NCBI GenBank assembly: GCA_963841915.1
Contig: CAWJEN010000006.1
Location: 512,001-576,000 of the forward strand
DNA length: 64,000 bases
DNA from: an uncultured Planctomycetota bacterium
Lineage (GTDB): Bacteria; Planctomycetota; Phycisphaerae; Tepidisphaerales; Tepidisphaeraceae
Direction: 5' to 3'
Every line of letters begins with the position of its first letter. The first letter of the stretch is position 1. Below, piece after piece: positions 28,156 through 39,631 of this stretch. The position numbers and the translations under genes are program-made. Under the pieces are notes generated by a model. It had not been told where the DNA came from, did not search any database, and saw nothing but the letters and a program-made list of their open reading frames with translations.

Positions 28156-29310
28156 TTACACGCTTTGGGCCGATGATTGTTCCGTAGAATCTTCGTTCGT
28201 CCCGCGCAGCCGCGACAACAGATCCTCAATGTCCGGGGGCAGCGGTGCGGCAATGGTCGTCGGCTGCAGCGTTCGCGGGTGCGTGAACGTGATTTCTGCC
28301 GCGTGCAACGCCTGGCGGGCGAAATGCTTCGTCTCGCCTGCATCGTGAAATTCGATGACCCTGCCGCCGTACATCGTGTCGCCGACGATCGGATAGCCCT
28401 TGAAGCTGAGGTGGACGCGGAGCTGGTGCGTCCGCCCGGTGCGTGGCTTGAGGCGGATCAGGCTGAAGCCGGCGTAGGGCTCCTTGTGACGCAGATCGTT
28501 GGGGTTGTCGCCGCGAACGAGCTTGAGCCCCATGGACTCGGGCGGGTCGCGGAAGGTTTCTTCAACCTGGTACTGGGTCGTTGCCGTTTTGCCGCCCTTT
28601 TCGATCTTGCGGACGGCCTGCCGCTCGCGGACGTACGCGTCGGGGCCGATCGGCAGGTCGATCATGTCAGCCTGCAGCTCTGGAATCCCGTGGGCGACGG
28701 CGAGGTACGTCTTTTTGATCGTGCGGTTCTCGAACTGCCGCCCGAGCCGCCAGTGGGCTTCGTCGCTCTTGGCCACGAGCATGACACCGGTCGTGTTGCG
28801 GTCGAGCCGGTGCAAAATGCCCGGGCGGTGCGGGCCGCGGACGGTCGACCACGACTTGGCGTAGTGGATGAGGCCGTTGACGAGGGTGCCGTTCCACACG
28901 CCCCGCGCCGGGTGGACGATCAGGTTGCTCTGCTTGTTGATCGCCAGCAGGTGGTCATCTTCGTAGAGCACGTCGAGCGGAATCGGCTCGGGCTCGATCG
29001 TTTCTCGCCTGGGCGGCGGGGCAGACACGATGACCTCTTCACCCTCGCGTGGCTTGTGCGATGCCTTAACCGACTTGCCGTTGACGGTAACCGCCTTTTC
29101 CTTGATCAGACGCTGCACCTCCGCACGGCTCAGATGCCCCACGCGGTCGACAAGATACTTGTCGAGTCGGTTGTCGAGGTCGCGACCGACGCGAAAGACG
29201 TGTCGGCGTGTCGACGTGTCGGGCGTGTCGGGCGTGGCAACTTCGTCGCCGTCGTCGTCTATGGGTGCGTCGTCGGCTATGACGTCGTCGTCGAGCGGGT
29301 CATTAATCAA
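28156..29310 (-). CDS. rluD: RluA/RluD family 23S rRNA pseudouridine synthase with S4 domain
   Basis: RLDKYL S4 domain, INKQSNLIVHP, HRLDRNTTG, TGRTHQLRVH, PIVGD, QALHA. Confidence 0.9.
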   Translation of the reverse strand: MINDPLDDDVIADDAPIDDDGDEVATPDTPDTSTRRHVFRVGRDLDNRLDKYLVDRVGHLSRAEVQRLIKEKAVTVNGKSVKASHKPREGEEVIVSAPPPRRETIEPEPIPLDVLYEDDHLLAINKQSNLIVHPARGVWNGTLVNGLIHYAKSWSTVRGPHRPGILHRLDRNTTGVMLVAKSDEAHWRLGRQFENRTIKKTYLAVAHGIPELQADMIDLPIGPDAYVRERQAVRKIEKGGKTATTQYQVEETFRDPPESMGLKLVRGDNPNDLRHKEPYAGFSLIRLKPRTGRTHQLRVHLSFKGYPIVGDTMYGGRVIEFHDAGETKHFARQALHAAEITFTHPRTLQPTTIAAPLPPDIEDLLSRLRGTNEDSTEQSSAQSV

Positions 29311-30314
29311 GGGGCAGGTTGCGTGGCCGGTTGCGTTGCGGGCTGCGACGTCGAAGCGGCTGGGGGCGTGAGGGTCAATCCCTCGACACCAAGGTCGGTG
29401 AGACTGCTCGGGGTGTCATCCTCGCCGAGGCTGCCGAGGTCGACGCCCGATTCCTGGCCGAGCGGCGTCGGGGTGTCGGGAATGATCAGCGGCGAGTTCG
29501 TCGTCAGGTAGGCCAGCTGATTCCGCCGCTGTCGCGCCAACGCCTTGAACGGCTCGGGTACGGCTTCACCGTTGACAATGGCCTCGTACCGCTCGCCGGC
29601 CGCCTCGAACTCCGTCCGCTCCTCGAAGATCGCTGCCAGCCCGAAGAGGGCGGCAACGCGTTGCGTCGTAAAGTCGTTGTAGTCGTCGAGCACACGCTGA
29701 TACGCCTGCTCGGCCGAATTAAGCCGGGCGTCGGCAGATGCGGGTGCGTTGTACGCATCGGCAGGCCGCGTCGCCGGTTGGGCGACTGGCATCGACGCCA
29801 GATACCAGTGGTAATCACCCTCGAGCCGGGCCGCCTGGGCACGCATGGCGTCGCTGTCGGCGCCGCTCTCGATAAGCTCGATCGACTGCTGGAACACCGT
29901 CTCGAACTCACTCACCCTGTCTGCTACCTGATCTTCGGTCATCGTCGGCGCACGCAGGCTCAGGCCGCGTGCGCCTTCGACGAGCTCCTGCTGAAGACGC
30001 GTCATCTCGCCCTTGGCAACCAAAGCCGCCTGGGCGTCGGCCTTCGCTCTCAGATTCAACGCCCAGGCGATGACTGCGGCGGCGACGAGGATGATGACGA
30101 GCCAGTTGGCGTAGTCCTTGGACAACTCGCCGAGCTTGACGAGGCCGCGGCCCAGGGCGCTGTCATTCAGGACGCTGTCGTCACCCTTGGCCGGCTCGGA
30201 GGCGTCAGGGGCTTGCTCATCGGGCACCGTCGGCAGCACGACTTCGTCACGCCGCTCGATCGTGCCGTCATCGGAGGTGGGCTGGTTGTCGTCCGCTTGT
30301 TCGTCCGCCGGCAT
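29307..30314 (-). CDS. Membrane-anchored TPR protein (YfgM-like)
   Basis: Single N-terminal TM, TPR-like helices (ALFGLAAIFEE...AGERYE), ATQP tail. Confidence 0.6.
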   Translation of the reverse strand: MPADEQADDNQPTSDDGTIERRDEVVLPTVPDEQAPDASEPAKGDDSVLNDSALGRGLVKLGELSKDYANWLVIILVAAAVIAWALNLRAKADAQAALVAKGEMTRLQQELVEGARGLSLRAPTMTEDQVADRVSEFETVFQQSIELIESGADSDAMRAQAARLEGDYHWYLASMPVAQPATRPADAYNAPASADARLNSAEQAYQRVLDDYNDFTTQRVAALFGLAAIFEERTEFEAAGERYEAIVNGEAVPEPFKALARQRRNQLAYLTTNSPLIIPDTPTPLGQESGVDLGSLGEDDTPSSLTDLGVEGLTLTPPAASTSQPATQPATQPAP

Positions 30315-30629
30315 AGGACGGCAGTGTAGACGCGGCGACGGTCAGGGCGCGTGTCGCCCGGGCAGGTGGTTGAAGAGGGGCAATGGCGTTATCGGCGGGG
30401 CGTGCGGGCAAGTTTGGGCAGCCGTGACGCGCGTTGTGGCTTGACACGCCTTGGCCACCTGCGGACACTCTGCGCGTGGCCCGCACCGGCCGCCCCCGCC
30501 CCAAGGCCGCCGACGTCCGTCGCTGCGGCGTCTTCCGAGGAGTCGAGCCTGTGATCGTTACATCGGCAGATGCCGTTACGGTCGCACCGCCATCCGTCGA
30601 TTCGTTTCACCTGTCAAGCGCCGCATCAC

Positions 30630-32951
30630 ATGAGCCACGCGACCCGCACCTTGTCCGCCGACCGTCGGCCAGCTCCGGCTGGATGTCGCCCCTCGCTTGC
30701 CGCCAGGCTGGCCCTCTCAGCCGCCGCGTTGTCGGCACTGACCGTCGCCTCTCCAGGCCTCGGACTCGTCGCACCCGCCGCGGCGCAGCAGGTCACCGAG
30801 GAGCCCTCGGCCCAGCCGTCTGAAGAACTGCTCGACCTCGTTGACGACTTCTACCACACCGCCACGCTCGCCAACTACCCGGCCGCCCGGGCGTACGGCC
30901 AGCAGGTGCTCGACACTGCCGAAGAGCCCGAAGCGGTGCTCGAAGCCTTCCAGCAGGTCTACGACCGCCGCCCCGACCCGCTCGTCGGGCTCGATGAACA
31001 GCTCATCCGGTTCCAAGGCATTCCCGAAATTGCCGAAGTCAGTGGGGCGGTCGTCGACCTCGTCAACGAAGGTCGACAGGCCCGGGCCACGCGGCTCAGT
31101 TTCCTACAAAGCCAGGTCGAGCGTCTCGGTAACGGCGGCATCGCCTACGGCAACGCAATCGAGAACCTTCGCAGCAGCGGCGAGTACGCGACGCCGGTCC
31201 TGCTGTCGAACCTGTTCGACCCCAACCGCCAGGAACTGCAGAACCCGATCCGTCGGGCGCTGGTCGATCTGGGCCTGCCGATGGTCAGCCCGCTGCTGGC
31301 AGCGCTCAACGCAGAAGATCCTCAGGTCAAGGCAGAGGTCATGCAAGCCCTCGGCGAGCTCGGCTACAGCGAGGCGATTCCCTACGTCCTCGAGCAGGTC
31401 GAGACGAACCAGGGGCAGCTCGTCCAGCAGGTCGGCACCCAAGCCCTGGGCCGCCTCGGCTACGCAGGCGGCAGCACCGCCGCCAGCGAGTATTACACCG
31501 TCGCCGAGTCGTTCTGGCTCAACCGGTCGCCCATTCAGCCCGACAGCGGCTTCGAAGGGGCCAACCTTTGGCGTTGGGACCAAGGCAGCCTCGCCGCCAC
31601 GACAGTACCGGCCGAGATCTTCAACGAACTCATGGCCATGCGCGCGGCTGGTAACACGCTCGCGCTAAGCCAAGGCGCCAACGCCGCCCCGCAGCAGGTG
31701 CAGGACGACGCGCTGTCGCTCTGGCTCGCCAGCAACTACCGCCGCGAGATCGAGCTGCCCGAAGGGGCGACCGACAACAGCCGTCCCGACAGCGACGCCA
31801 CCGCCGGTTACTATGGCACGCAGGCGGGTGTGAAGTACCTGCAACAGGTCATCGAACGCGCCGCCAACGAGCGGACGCTTCCGCCCGAGAGCCGGTACGA
31901 CTCGGCCGCCGTCGCCTTGGCGGCAGTGCAATCGATGCAGGACGTCGTCGGCGAGAGCACACTCGAAGCCGGTGCGACCCCACTGACCCGCGCGATGCAA
32001 TTCCCCGACCGCCGCGTCGCGATGGAAGCCGCGTTGGCCCTGGCCCAGGCGCTGCCCACCAAGGCGGTAGAGGGCGGTGAAAATGTCGTTCCGCTGCTCG
32101 CCGACGCGTTGAGCCAGACCGGCGAGCCGACGGTGCTGCTGGTCATGGACAACGGCGACGAACGCAACGCCGCCAATGAAGCGTTGACCGAAGCCGGTTA
32201 TCGCGTGCAGGACGCAACGAGCGTTCAGGACGTCGTCGCCAAGGCCGACGTGCTGGCAGGCGTCGACGTGCTTGTCATCGACGGCAAGCTGTCGAACCCG
32301 AGGGCCATTCTGGAGGCCGCTCGTGGCACGCCCAAGCTTCGAAGCAGCGCCAAGCTGTTCCTGGTCGAGACGGCATCGAGCGAGTTCGGCCGTCTCAGTG
32401 AAAGTGACCCGACCGCCGCCATCACGACCGCCCGCGCCAGTCAGGCGCTGGTCGACGCCATTGAGAAGGCTCGCGTCGATGCCGGCGGCCTGCCGCTCGA
32501 CGAAGAGGGCGCAACCGCCCTCGCCACCCGGGCTGCCGATCTGCTGATGGATATCGGCCTCGACAGCAGCGTCTACTCGCTCGAAACTGCCCGGCAGCCT
32601 TTGCTGGCGAGCCTCGATGACGAACGTCCCGAGATCCGCCAGATGGCGACCAAGATTGTTGCCCAGCTCAGCGGTGCCGAGCCGCAGCAAGCGTTGCTGT
32701 CACTCGGTGATGACGCGTCGGCCCCGGACGAGGTGCGCGTGTCGGCCTTCGACGGGCTGGCCTCGAGTGCCAAGCGGTACGGCAACCTGCTCGGTCAGGC
32801 TGAGGTCGACACGCTGCTGACCGCCGCGGCAGAGACCGAGTCGCCCGAGGTTCGCGCCGCCGCCGCCAAGGCCGTCGGTGCCTTGTCGCTGCCGGTCGAT
32901 CAGGCCCGCCGCCTGATCATCGAAAGCACGCGGACGGCCGACGTGCCGTGA
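30630..32951 (+). CDS. Exported HEAT-repeat protein with an internal receiver-like alpha/beta domain
   Basis: Signal-like N-terminus, HEAT repeats (LLAALNAEDPQVKAEVMQALGELG; VRAAAAKAVG), CheY-like segment VLLV...GYRV...DVLVID. Confidence 0.75.
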   Translation: MSHATRTLSADRRPAPAGCRPSLAARLALSAAALSALTVASPGLGLVAPAAAQQVTEEPSAQPSEELLDLVDDFYHTATLANYPAARAYGQQVLDTAEEPEAVLEAFQQVYDRRPDPLVGLDEQLIRFQGIPEIAEVSGAVVDLVNEGRQARATRLSFLQSQVERLGNGGIAYGNAIENLRSSGEYATPVLLSNLFDPNRQELQNPIRRALVDLGLPMVSPLLAALNAEDPQVKAEVMQALGELGYSEAIPYVLEQVETNQGQLVQQVGTQALGRLGYAGGSTAASEYYTVAESFWLNRSPIQPDSGFEGANLWRWDQGSLAATTVPAEIFNELMAMRAAGNTLALSQGANAAPQQVQDDALSLWLASNYRREIELPEGATDNSRPDSDATAGYYGTQAGVKYLQQVIERAANERTLPPESRYDSAAVALAAVQSMQDVVGESTLEAGATPLTRAMQFPDRRVAMEAALALAQALPTKAVEGGENVVPLLADALSQTGEPTVLLVMDNGDERNAANEALTEAGYRVQDATSVQDVVAKADVLAGVDVLVIDGKLSNPRAILEAARGTPKLRSSAKLFLVETASSEFGRLSESDPTAAITTARASQALVDAIEKARVDAGGLPLDEEGATALATRAADLLMDIGLDSSVYSLETARQPLLASLDDERPEIRQMATKIVAQLSGAEPQQALLSLGDDASAPDEVRVSAFDGLASSAKRYGNLLGQAEVDTLLTAAAETESPEVRAAAAKAVGALSLPVDQARRLIIESTRTADVP

Positions 32952-33129
32952 TTCCATCGCGATGCTGAACCGTCTCGAAGCGGGTCGAAGCATGTCGTTG
33001 CCACCTTGTGTGATGCGGCAGGTGCTTCGACCCGCTTCTGTTTCAAGAAGCTCGACGATTCGTCGGCGTCTTCGGCGAGTCGGCACCTTGTCGCCTTTGC
33101 CCGACGCCGATACGGTCAGCAGACCCGAC

Positions 33130-34761
33130 GTGCGCCACTTCAACCGACTCCTGCCGATGTTGGCGACCTTGCTGCTCCTGGCAGCCGGCTGCACGCCGTC
33201 GCACTCGGCCTACGCGGCCACGGATCGCCCGATCATCGACCGCCGCGGCATCGACTTCCCGGCCGGCCTGCAGCTCGAAGTCGCCGCCCGTGGCCTCACT
33301 GCCGCCACCGCTCTCGCCGTCGACGAGGTTGGTGGTTACGTCTTCGTCGGTGACCGCAGCGTCCGCGGCGAAGAGATTCGCGTCGTCCGCTTCGACCCGC
33401 AGTCGGGCCAGGAAGCCGAGATCTATCCGGCTCGCGATGCCGTCGTGAGCTGGTTCGACAAACGCGACCGGCTCTACGCACCCGTCGGTGGCCTGCTCTA
33501 CGACAAGGGCGAGCTCTACGTCACCGCGCGCGACGAAGACGGCCTGGGCGTCATCGTCGCCTTCGACTTGCGGACGTGGCAGCCCAGCGACAACAGGCCA
33601 CCCGTTCGCACTGTCGTCGGTGAACTTCCGGCCCGGGGAGATCACAGCGTCACGTCGCTTGCCCGGCATCCGCTCACCGGCCGTCTCTACTTCGGACTCG
33701 GCAGCGCCACCAACAGCGGCGTCGTCGGCCTCGACAACGCGGCCGGCGGCTGGCTCAAAGGGCACCGCACCTTCCACGACAAACCGCTCGTTCCGCTCAA
33801 ACTCTTCGGTTATCGCTTTGACACCGAGGATCCATTCGGCGGCCTGCTCACGCCCGACAAGGTCAACACGGCACCGTTCCACGCGTTCGGCGCAAGTGGC
33901 CAGCGGGTCGATGCGGCAGACAACTCGAAGCCGACCGCCGCCGTCTACAGCGTCGATCCGCGGGGTGGTGATCTGCGTGTCGAAGCGCATGGTCTGCGGC
34001 ATCCGACGGGTTTGGCGTTCAATGACTTTGCTGCGTTGTACGTGACGAATCAGGGCATGGAGCTGCGGGGCACGCGGCCGGTGCGGGACGATCCGGACGT
34101 GGTGGTCCGCCTGTTCGCCGCCGACGGCAGCGGGTCGGCGACGTGGTATGGGTGGCCCGACTATTCAGCCGATCTGCTGCCGGTGACGATGCGTCGATTC
34201 CAGCCGCCGCGTCAATTACTCGCGCGGACCGGCTACGCGGAATTGAGCTTCCTCATCGACCATGCCGCCAGCGGCAGCGACGACGGCGGCTTGGCAGAGC
34301 CGGACCCCGAGACGCTGCTGACCGCCAGATTCCCACCGCTGAGCGGCGCGTCGGGAACCGCCTTCGTTCCCGAAGACGTGCCGGGATTCGAAGCCTTTGC
34401 CGGTGAATTGGTCGTGGCCCTGCGAGGGGACAGGACGCCGTTCGCCAACAGCGACTATCTGCCGATCCGCGGCAAGCTCGGCCGCCAGGTAACGGCCGTC
34501 GACGTCAACGGCGGGCAGCAGCGCCCGCTCATCTACAACACGGCCGTCGACGGCAAGGGCGAACTGCCGACCGACACGCTCGACCGACCCGTTGCTGTTC
34601 ACTTCGGCCTCGGTGGCCTGTGGGTGCTCGATCAAGGCGTGGTCACCTACGATGACGGCCGCGCCCGCTTCAAGCCGGGCTCGGGCCGGTTGCTCCTGCT
34701 CAGCCAGCCGCAGGTAGCGGTCGAGGCCGAGCCGGTCGAGGCGACGACGCAGCCTCAGTGA
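33130..34761 (+). CDS. Glucose/sorbosone dehydrogenase-like beta-propeller lipoprotein
   Basis: Lipobox LAAGC; LYFGLGSATNSGVVG, AHGLRHPTGLAF, RGTRPV, WYGWPD, DRPVAVHF; start uncertain. Confidence 0.75.
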   Translation: MRHFNRLLPMLATLLLLAAGCTPSHSAYAATDRPIIDRRGIDFPAGLQLEVAARGLTAATALAVDEVGGYVFVGDRSVRGEEIRVVRFDPQSGQEAEIYPARDAVVSWFDKRDRLYAPVGGLLYDKGELYVTARDEDGLGVIVAFDLRTWQPSDNRPPVRTVVGELPARGDHSVTSLARHPLTGRLYFGLGSATNSGVVGLDNAAGGWLKGHRTFHDKPLVPLKLFGYRFDTEDPFGGLLTPDKVNTAPFHAFGASGQRVDAADNSKPTAAVYSVDPRGGDLRVEAHGLRHPTGLAFNDFAALYVTNQGMELRGTRPVRDDPDVVVRLFAADGSGSATWYGWPDYSADLLPVTMRRFQPPRQLLARTGYAELSFLIDHAASGSDDGGLAEPDPETLLTARFPPLSGASGTAFVPEDVPGFEAFAGELVVALRGDRTPFANSDYLPIRGKLGRQVTAVDVNGGQQRPLIYNTAVDGKGELPTDTLDRPVAVHFGLGGLWVLDQGVVTYDDGRARFKPGSGRLLLLSQPQVAVEAEPVEATTQPQ

Positions 34762-34780
34762 GATAGTCTGTAGCAGCAGT

Positions 34781-37291
34781 TCAGCGTTTGCTGCTTTTAC
34801 CAAAGCTGTTGGCCGTCCACAGCACCGGCGGCCTCGCCAGGTCGTCGACGCTCAAGAACGCTTCACCCGTGATGCGGAACTTGGCCGTTTCGCCAGGTAG
34901 TAGCGTCACGCACGCGTCGCTTACTTCCACGTCCTTGTCCAGCCGGTCGGCGAACACGCACAAGTCGCGGACCAGCGTCCCGGCGGTGACGGCGAAAATG
35001 TAGTGGCCGTCCTTCTCGTAACCGTCGTAAGCAAAGGCAGGCGGCGCGTAGTCGAGCTCCTTATCAGGGGCAAACCACCACCAGCCACGCTCGCCACCCG
35101 GCAGGCTTGCCACAAGGGCCGTGTCGCGACGGCCGTGCATGTCGCGGGGCACGAGGAACCGCCCGACGCCGCGTGGCTCGATCGTCATCGTCTCCTTGTG
35201 CACCGCGATCGGCTCGCCCCGCACATCGACCTGTTTCAGCACGCACTCGCCGCTCCAGAGGTCGTCGGTGTCGTTGACGCCGTAGACCGCCAGCGCGTCG
35301 GTGCTCCCGACCCGACGCGGCTTGATCGTGACGATGCGCGGGGCAAAGAACCGCCGCGTCGCGTGGTAGAGCGGCTTCTTGCCACCTTTTGAGTCGAGGG
35401 CTGACCAGGAGCTGACGGGGTAGCAGTCGTTGTACTGCCAGTAGACCGCGCCGCTGCACCAGGGCGACAATGCCCGGAACCACTCGATGCCCAACGACAG
35501 CGCCCGCGCCTGCATGACCTGGGCGAGGTAGCAGAACGCGTCGAAGTCGTGGTCAGGTGGCACGAAGTCGTCGGCCATCCGGTGCCGCGTCTGCACCTGA
35601 CCGTCACGGCCGTTCTTGTTGTGCAGGGTCATGACGACGCTGTGCCAATGCCGTTCCTCGGGCGGGATGGCCTCGCTGAGCGTCGGCCAGGTCGGCGGCC
35701 CGTGGTAGCCGAACTCGGTCGCCATCCGCGGGTAGTGGGCGAGGTAGTTGCGGTACTCGCCCGGGCCATGCCAGACGTCCCAGATGTGCCGGTTACCGAA
35801 CTCGTTGGCATTAGGGTGCCGTTGGGGCGTGCCGCTGTACGGGCTGCCGGGCCAGTAGGGCGTGGCCGGGTCGAGTTCGGCGACGATTTTTGGCAGCAGG
35901 TCGAAGTAGTACCCATCGCCCCAGCCGATGCCTTGCCCGCTGAGCTTTTGGTACTCAGGCTTGTCAGCGTGGAACCACAAGTTCTCGTTGTTGCCGTTCC
36001 AGACGACGACGCTCGGGTGCCTGCAGAGCCGGCTGACATTGTGCCGGGCCTCCCGTTCCACGTTGCTGCGGTACGGCTCGAGCTCTGGGTAGGTCGAGCA
36101 GGCGAACAGGAAGTCCTGCCAGACCATCACGCCCAGTTCGTCGCAGGTCTCGTAGAAAGCATCGTCTTCGTACAACCCACCGCCCCAGACGCGGAGCAGG
36201 TTCATGTGAACCTCGCACGCCGTCTCGATGCGATGGCGGTACCGTTCTGCCGTGACACGATGCGGGAAGCAGTCGTCGGGGATCCAGTTAGCACCCTTGG
36301 CAAAGACGCGACGTTCGTTGACGTAGATCGCCATCTGCTCGCCCATCTTGTCGGCGATGGGTTCGCCGACGGGTCCGGCATCGGGTGTGGTGTCGATGCG
36401 GACGGTGCGTAGGCCGACGCGGTGGCTTGTCGTGGTGCCGTCGGGCAGCGAGACGTCGAGCGTGTAGAGGTTGGAATTGCCGTAGCCGCGCGGGAACCAG
36501 CGGGCGGGGCGGTCGATGGTGAACGTGATCGGGCTGCTGCCTTCAAACTCGAGCGACTGGTCGAAGCCATGGCCGTAAAGTCTTGCCGTGATCGCAAGTC
36601 GCTCACCCTCGGCGTCGACAAGCACGTCGAGCACCGCCCGCTCGGCAGTGGCCTGTCGGACGATCGGGCGGACGAAGTCGATGCGGGTCTTGTCCCACGC
36701 CTCCAGCCGGATCGATCGCCAGACGCCGCTGGTGACGACCGTCGGCCCCCAGTCCCAGCCCATGTTGCACGCCATCTTCCGCAACATGTTGTGAGGCAAC
36801 GGCGTGCCACGCTGCCCGCCGTCCACCGGATATCCCGGATAGACGTCCCGCGCCAGCCGCTCGGCCTCGGGCACGGGGGCGAGGAAGTCGATCACGAGGT
36901 CGTTGCTGCCGGGCCGCAGGGCGGCTTTGGCATCGAAGCGGTGGGCGACGTGCATGTTGTCGCTCGTGCCGATGTGTGTGCCGTTGAGCGTGAGCGTCGC
37001 CAGCGTGTCAAGGCCGTCGCAGGCGAGATCGACGTGCTGGGCGGTGAAGTCGGCCGGCAGCTCGAAGGAGCAGGTGTACCGCCAATTCGTACGGCCGATC
37101 CAGAACTGGTGCAGCTCGTTGTCGCTGGAATACGGATCCTCCAACAGACCGGCGGCCATGAGATCTGTGTGGACGCAGCCGGGCACCGTGGCCGGAATGT
37201 CGCCCGCGTCACGGACGGCCTCTGGAACGTCGTGCAGATTGTCCGTCGGGCGGACGGTCCAGGTGGCGGCGGTGAGGTCGAGGATCGGCAT
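34781..37291 (-). CDS. Beta-mannosidase, glycoside hydrolase family 2
   Basis: ATVPGCVHTDL, GLDT, RK...GWDWGP, KGANWIP, LRVWGGG, WQDF.FAC, WNGNNE, TEFG, YWQYND. Confidence 0.93.
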   Translation of the reverse strand: MPILDLTAATWTVRPTDNLHDVPEAVRDAGDIPATVPGCVHTDLMAAGLLEDPYSSDNELHQFWIGRTNWRYTCSFELPADFTAQHVDLACDGLDTLATLTLNGTHIGTSDNMHVAHRFDAKAALRPGSNDLVIDFLAPVPEAERLARDVYPGYPVDGGQRGTPLPHNMLRKMACNMGWDWGPTVVTSGVWRSIRLEAWDKTRIDFVRPIVRQATAERAVLDVLVDAEGERLAITARLYGHGFDQSLEFEGSSPITFTIDRPARWFPRGYGNSNLYTLDVSLPDGTTTSHRVGLRTVRIDTTPDAGPVGEPIADKMGEQMAIYVNERRVFAKGANWIPDDCFPHRVTAERYRHRIETACEVHMNLLRVWGGGLYEDDAFYETCDELGVMVWQDFLFACSTYPELEPYRSNVEREARHNVSRLCRHPSVVVWNGNNENLWFHADKPEYQKLSGQGIGWGDGYYFDLLPKIVAELDPATPYWPGSPYSGTPQRHPNANEFGNRHIWDVWHGPGEYRNYLAHYPRMATEFGYHGPPTWPTLSEAIPPEERHWHSVVMTLHNKNGRDGQVQTRHRMADDFVPPDHDFDAFCYLAQVMQARALSLGIEWFRALSPWCSGAVYWQYNDCYPVSSWSALDSKGGKKPLYHATRRFFAPRIVTIKPRRVGSTDALAVYGVNDTDDLWSGECVLKQVDVRGEPIAVHKETMTIEPRGVGRFLVPRDMHGRRDTALVASLPGGERGWWWFAPDKELDYAPPAFAYDGYEKDGHYIFAVTAGTLVRDLCVFADRLDKDVEVSDACVTLLPGETAKFRITGEAFLSVDDLARPPVLWTANSFGKSSKR

Positions 37292-37353
37292 CGTCTGACG
37301 AGAGCTTAAACAAGCCGGCATGCGATCGTCACAGGAACGTGCTGCGTGAAGGT

Positions 37354-37381
37354 TAAGCTGGGCGGTTCAGGTGGCCGATGT
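37354..37381 (+). promoter_or_regulatory. Sigma28 (FliA)-like promoter
   Basis: TAAG-N16-GCCGATGT upstream of the HTH-REC regulator. Confidence 0.5.
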
Positions 37382-37574
37382 TGTCTGGGCGACTTGGCGG
37401 CGCACGTTGTGCCGCGATAGGCTCTTCGGCTCGGCCGAATCCGCAGACGGTCGACGCTCGAACCCCACGCATCGGCCGCAGCCGACGTTTCCCACGTTCA
37501 CCAGTCGGCCTAATTTCACGGATCAAAGAGCCCATGAGCGTCAGCACGGATCAGCAGCAGGCGAGGCAGCTTCG

Positions 37575-38138
37575 ATGAAACAGATCTACACGACTGGTGA
37601 AGCCGCCGACGTCTGCAAGGTCAGTCAGCAAACCATCATCCGCTGCTTCGATGCAGGCCGCCTCAAAGGGTTTCGCGTTCCGGGTAGTAAGTTCCGCCGC
37701 ATCCCGCACGACGCCCTCGTCGAGTTCATGCGGACCAACGGCATCCCTGAAGATAATCTCAACGGCGGTAAACAACGCGTGCTCGTCGTCGACGACGACC
37801 CCGAAATCGTCGAGCTTTTCTGCGACGTCCTCGACCGGGACGGCCGCTTTGAAGTGCACTCGGCTGGCACCGGGTACGAAGCAGGCCTGCTCACCAGCGA
37901 GCTCAAGCCTGACCTGATTCTGCTCGACTACCTCTTGCCCGACATCAACGGCAATGCCGTCTGTGCCGCAATTCGCAGCAAGCCGGAACTGAGCGAAACC
38001 AAGATCATCGTCGTCAGCGGCGCGATCGAGTCGGCCGAGATCGAAGATCTGCTCGCTGCCGGTGCCAACGACTTCGTCCGTAAGCCGTTCGACATCGAAC
38101 AGCTTGTCGGCAAAGTGGCCGACATGCTGGGCGTTTAA
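37575..38138 (+). CDS. Response regulator with N-terminal excisionase-like HTH (HTH_17) and receiver domain
   Basis: YTTGEAA.VCKVSQQTIIRCFD.G.LKGFRVPGSKFRRIP; VLVVDDD, LLDYLLPDING, KPF. Confidence 0.9.
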   Translation: MKQIYTTGEAADVCKVSQQTIIRCFDAGRLKGFRVPGSKFRRIPHDALVEFMRTNGIPEDNLNGGKQRVLVVDDDPEIVELFCDVLDRDGRFEVHSAGTGYEAGLLTSELKPDLILLDYLLPDINGNAVCAAIRSKPELSETKIIVVSGAIESAEIEDLLAAGANDFVRKPFDIEQLVGKVADMLGV

Positions 38139-38158
38139 GGCCTTCATCAACGCAAGAC

Positions 38159-38189
38159 ACCGGCCCGAACGCGTCGCGTCCGGGCCGGT
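38159..38189. terminator. Hairpin between the convergent regulator and recA
   Basis: ACCGGCCCG...CGGGCCGGT stem with inner ACGCG/CGCGT pairing. Confidence 0.55.
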
Positions 38190-38219
38190 ATTCGTGCAGC
38201 GGCACTTTCTATCGGCGGC

Positions 38220-39350
<1,131 letters not shown>

Positions 39351-39631
39351 GTCTTGGGAATCTTTCGTGCCGGGTCTCTACCCGCTCGCGTCGGCATGGG
39401 AGCCGCGTCGGGTCAGCCGGCAGGATGTCGTGACTGTGGGGGATCGGCTGTGCATCCGGTTGCACGGGGCGGTCGCCGGGCGAGGACGCGCGAGACGCCT
39501 CTGCCGACGATGGCCCATACCGATGCCGAGCTGGGCGGAAGTCACGTCCGCCATCGCCCGGCCATCTCTGTACGGCGGAGGTTAGGGGGAAGATCGACCG
39601 AACGCAAGAAGAAAATCTATCGGGCGGAAAT

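Noticed and set aside
39351..39631. LexA/SOS box upstream of recA
   Set aside because: No CTGT-N8-ACAG, GAAC-N4-GTTC or GTTC-N7-GTTC type motif recognised by eye
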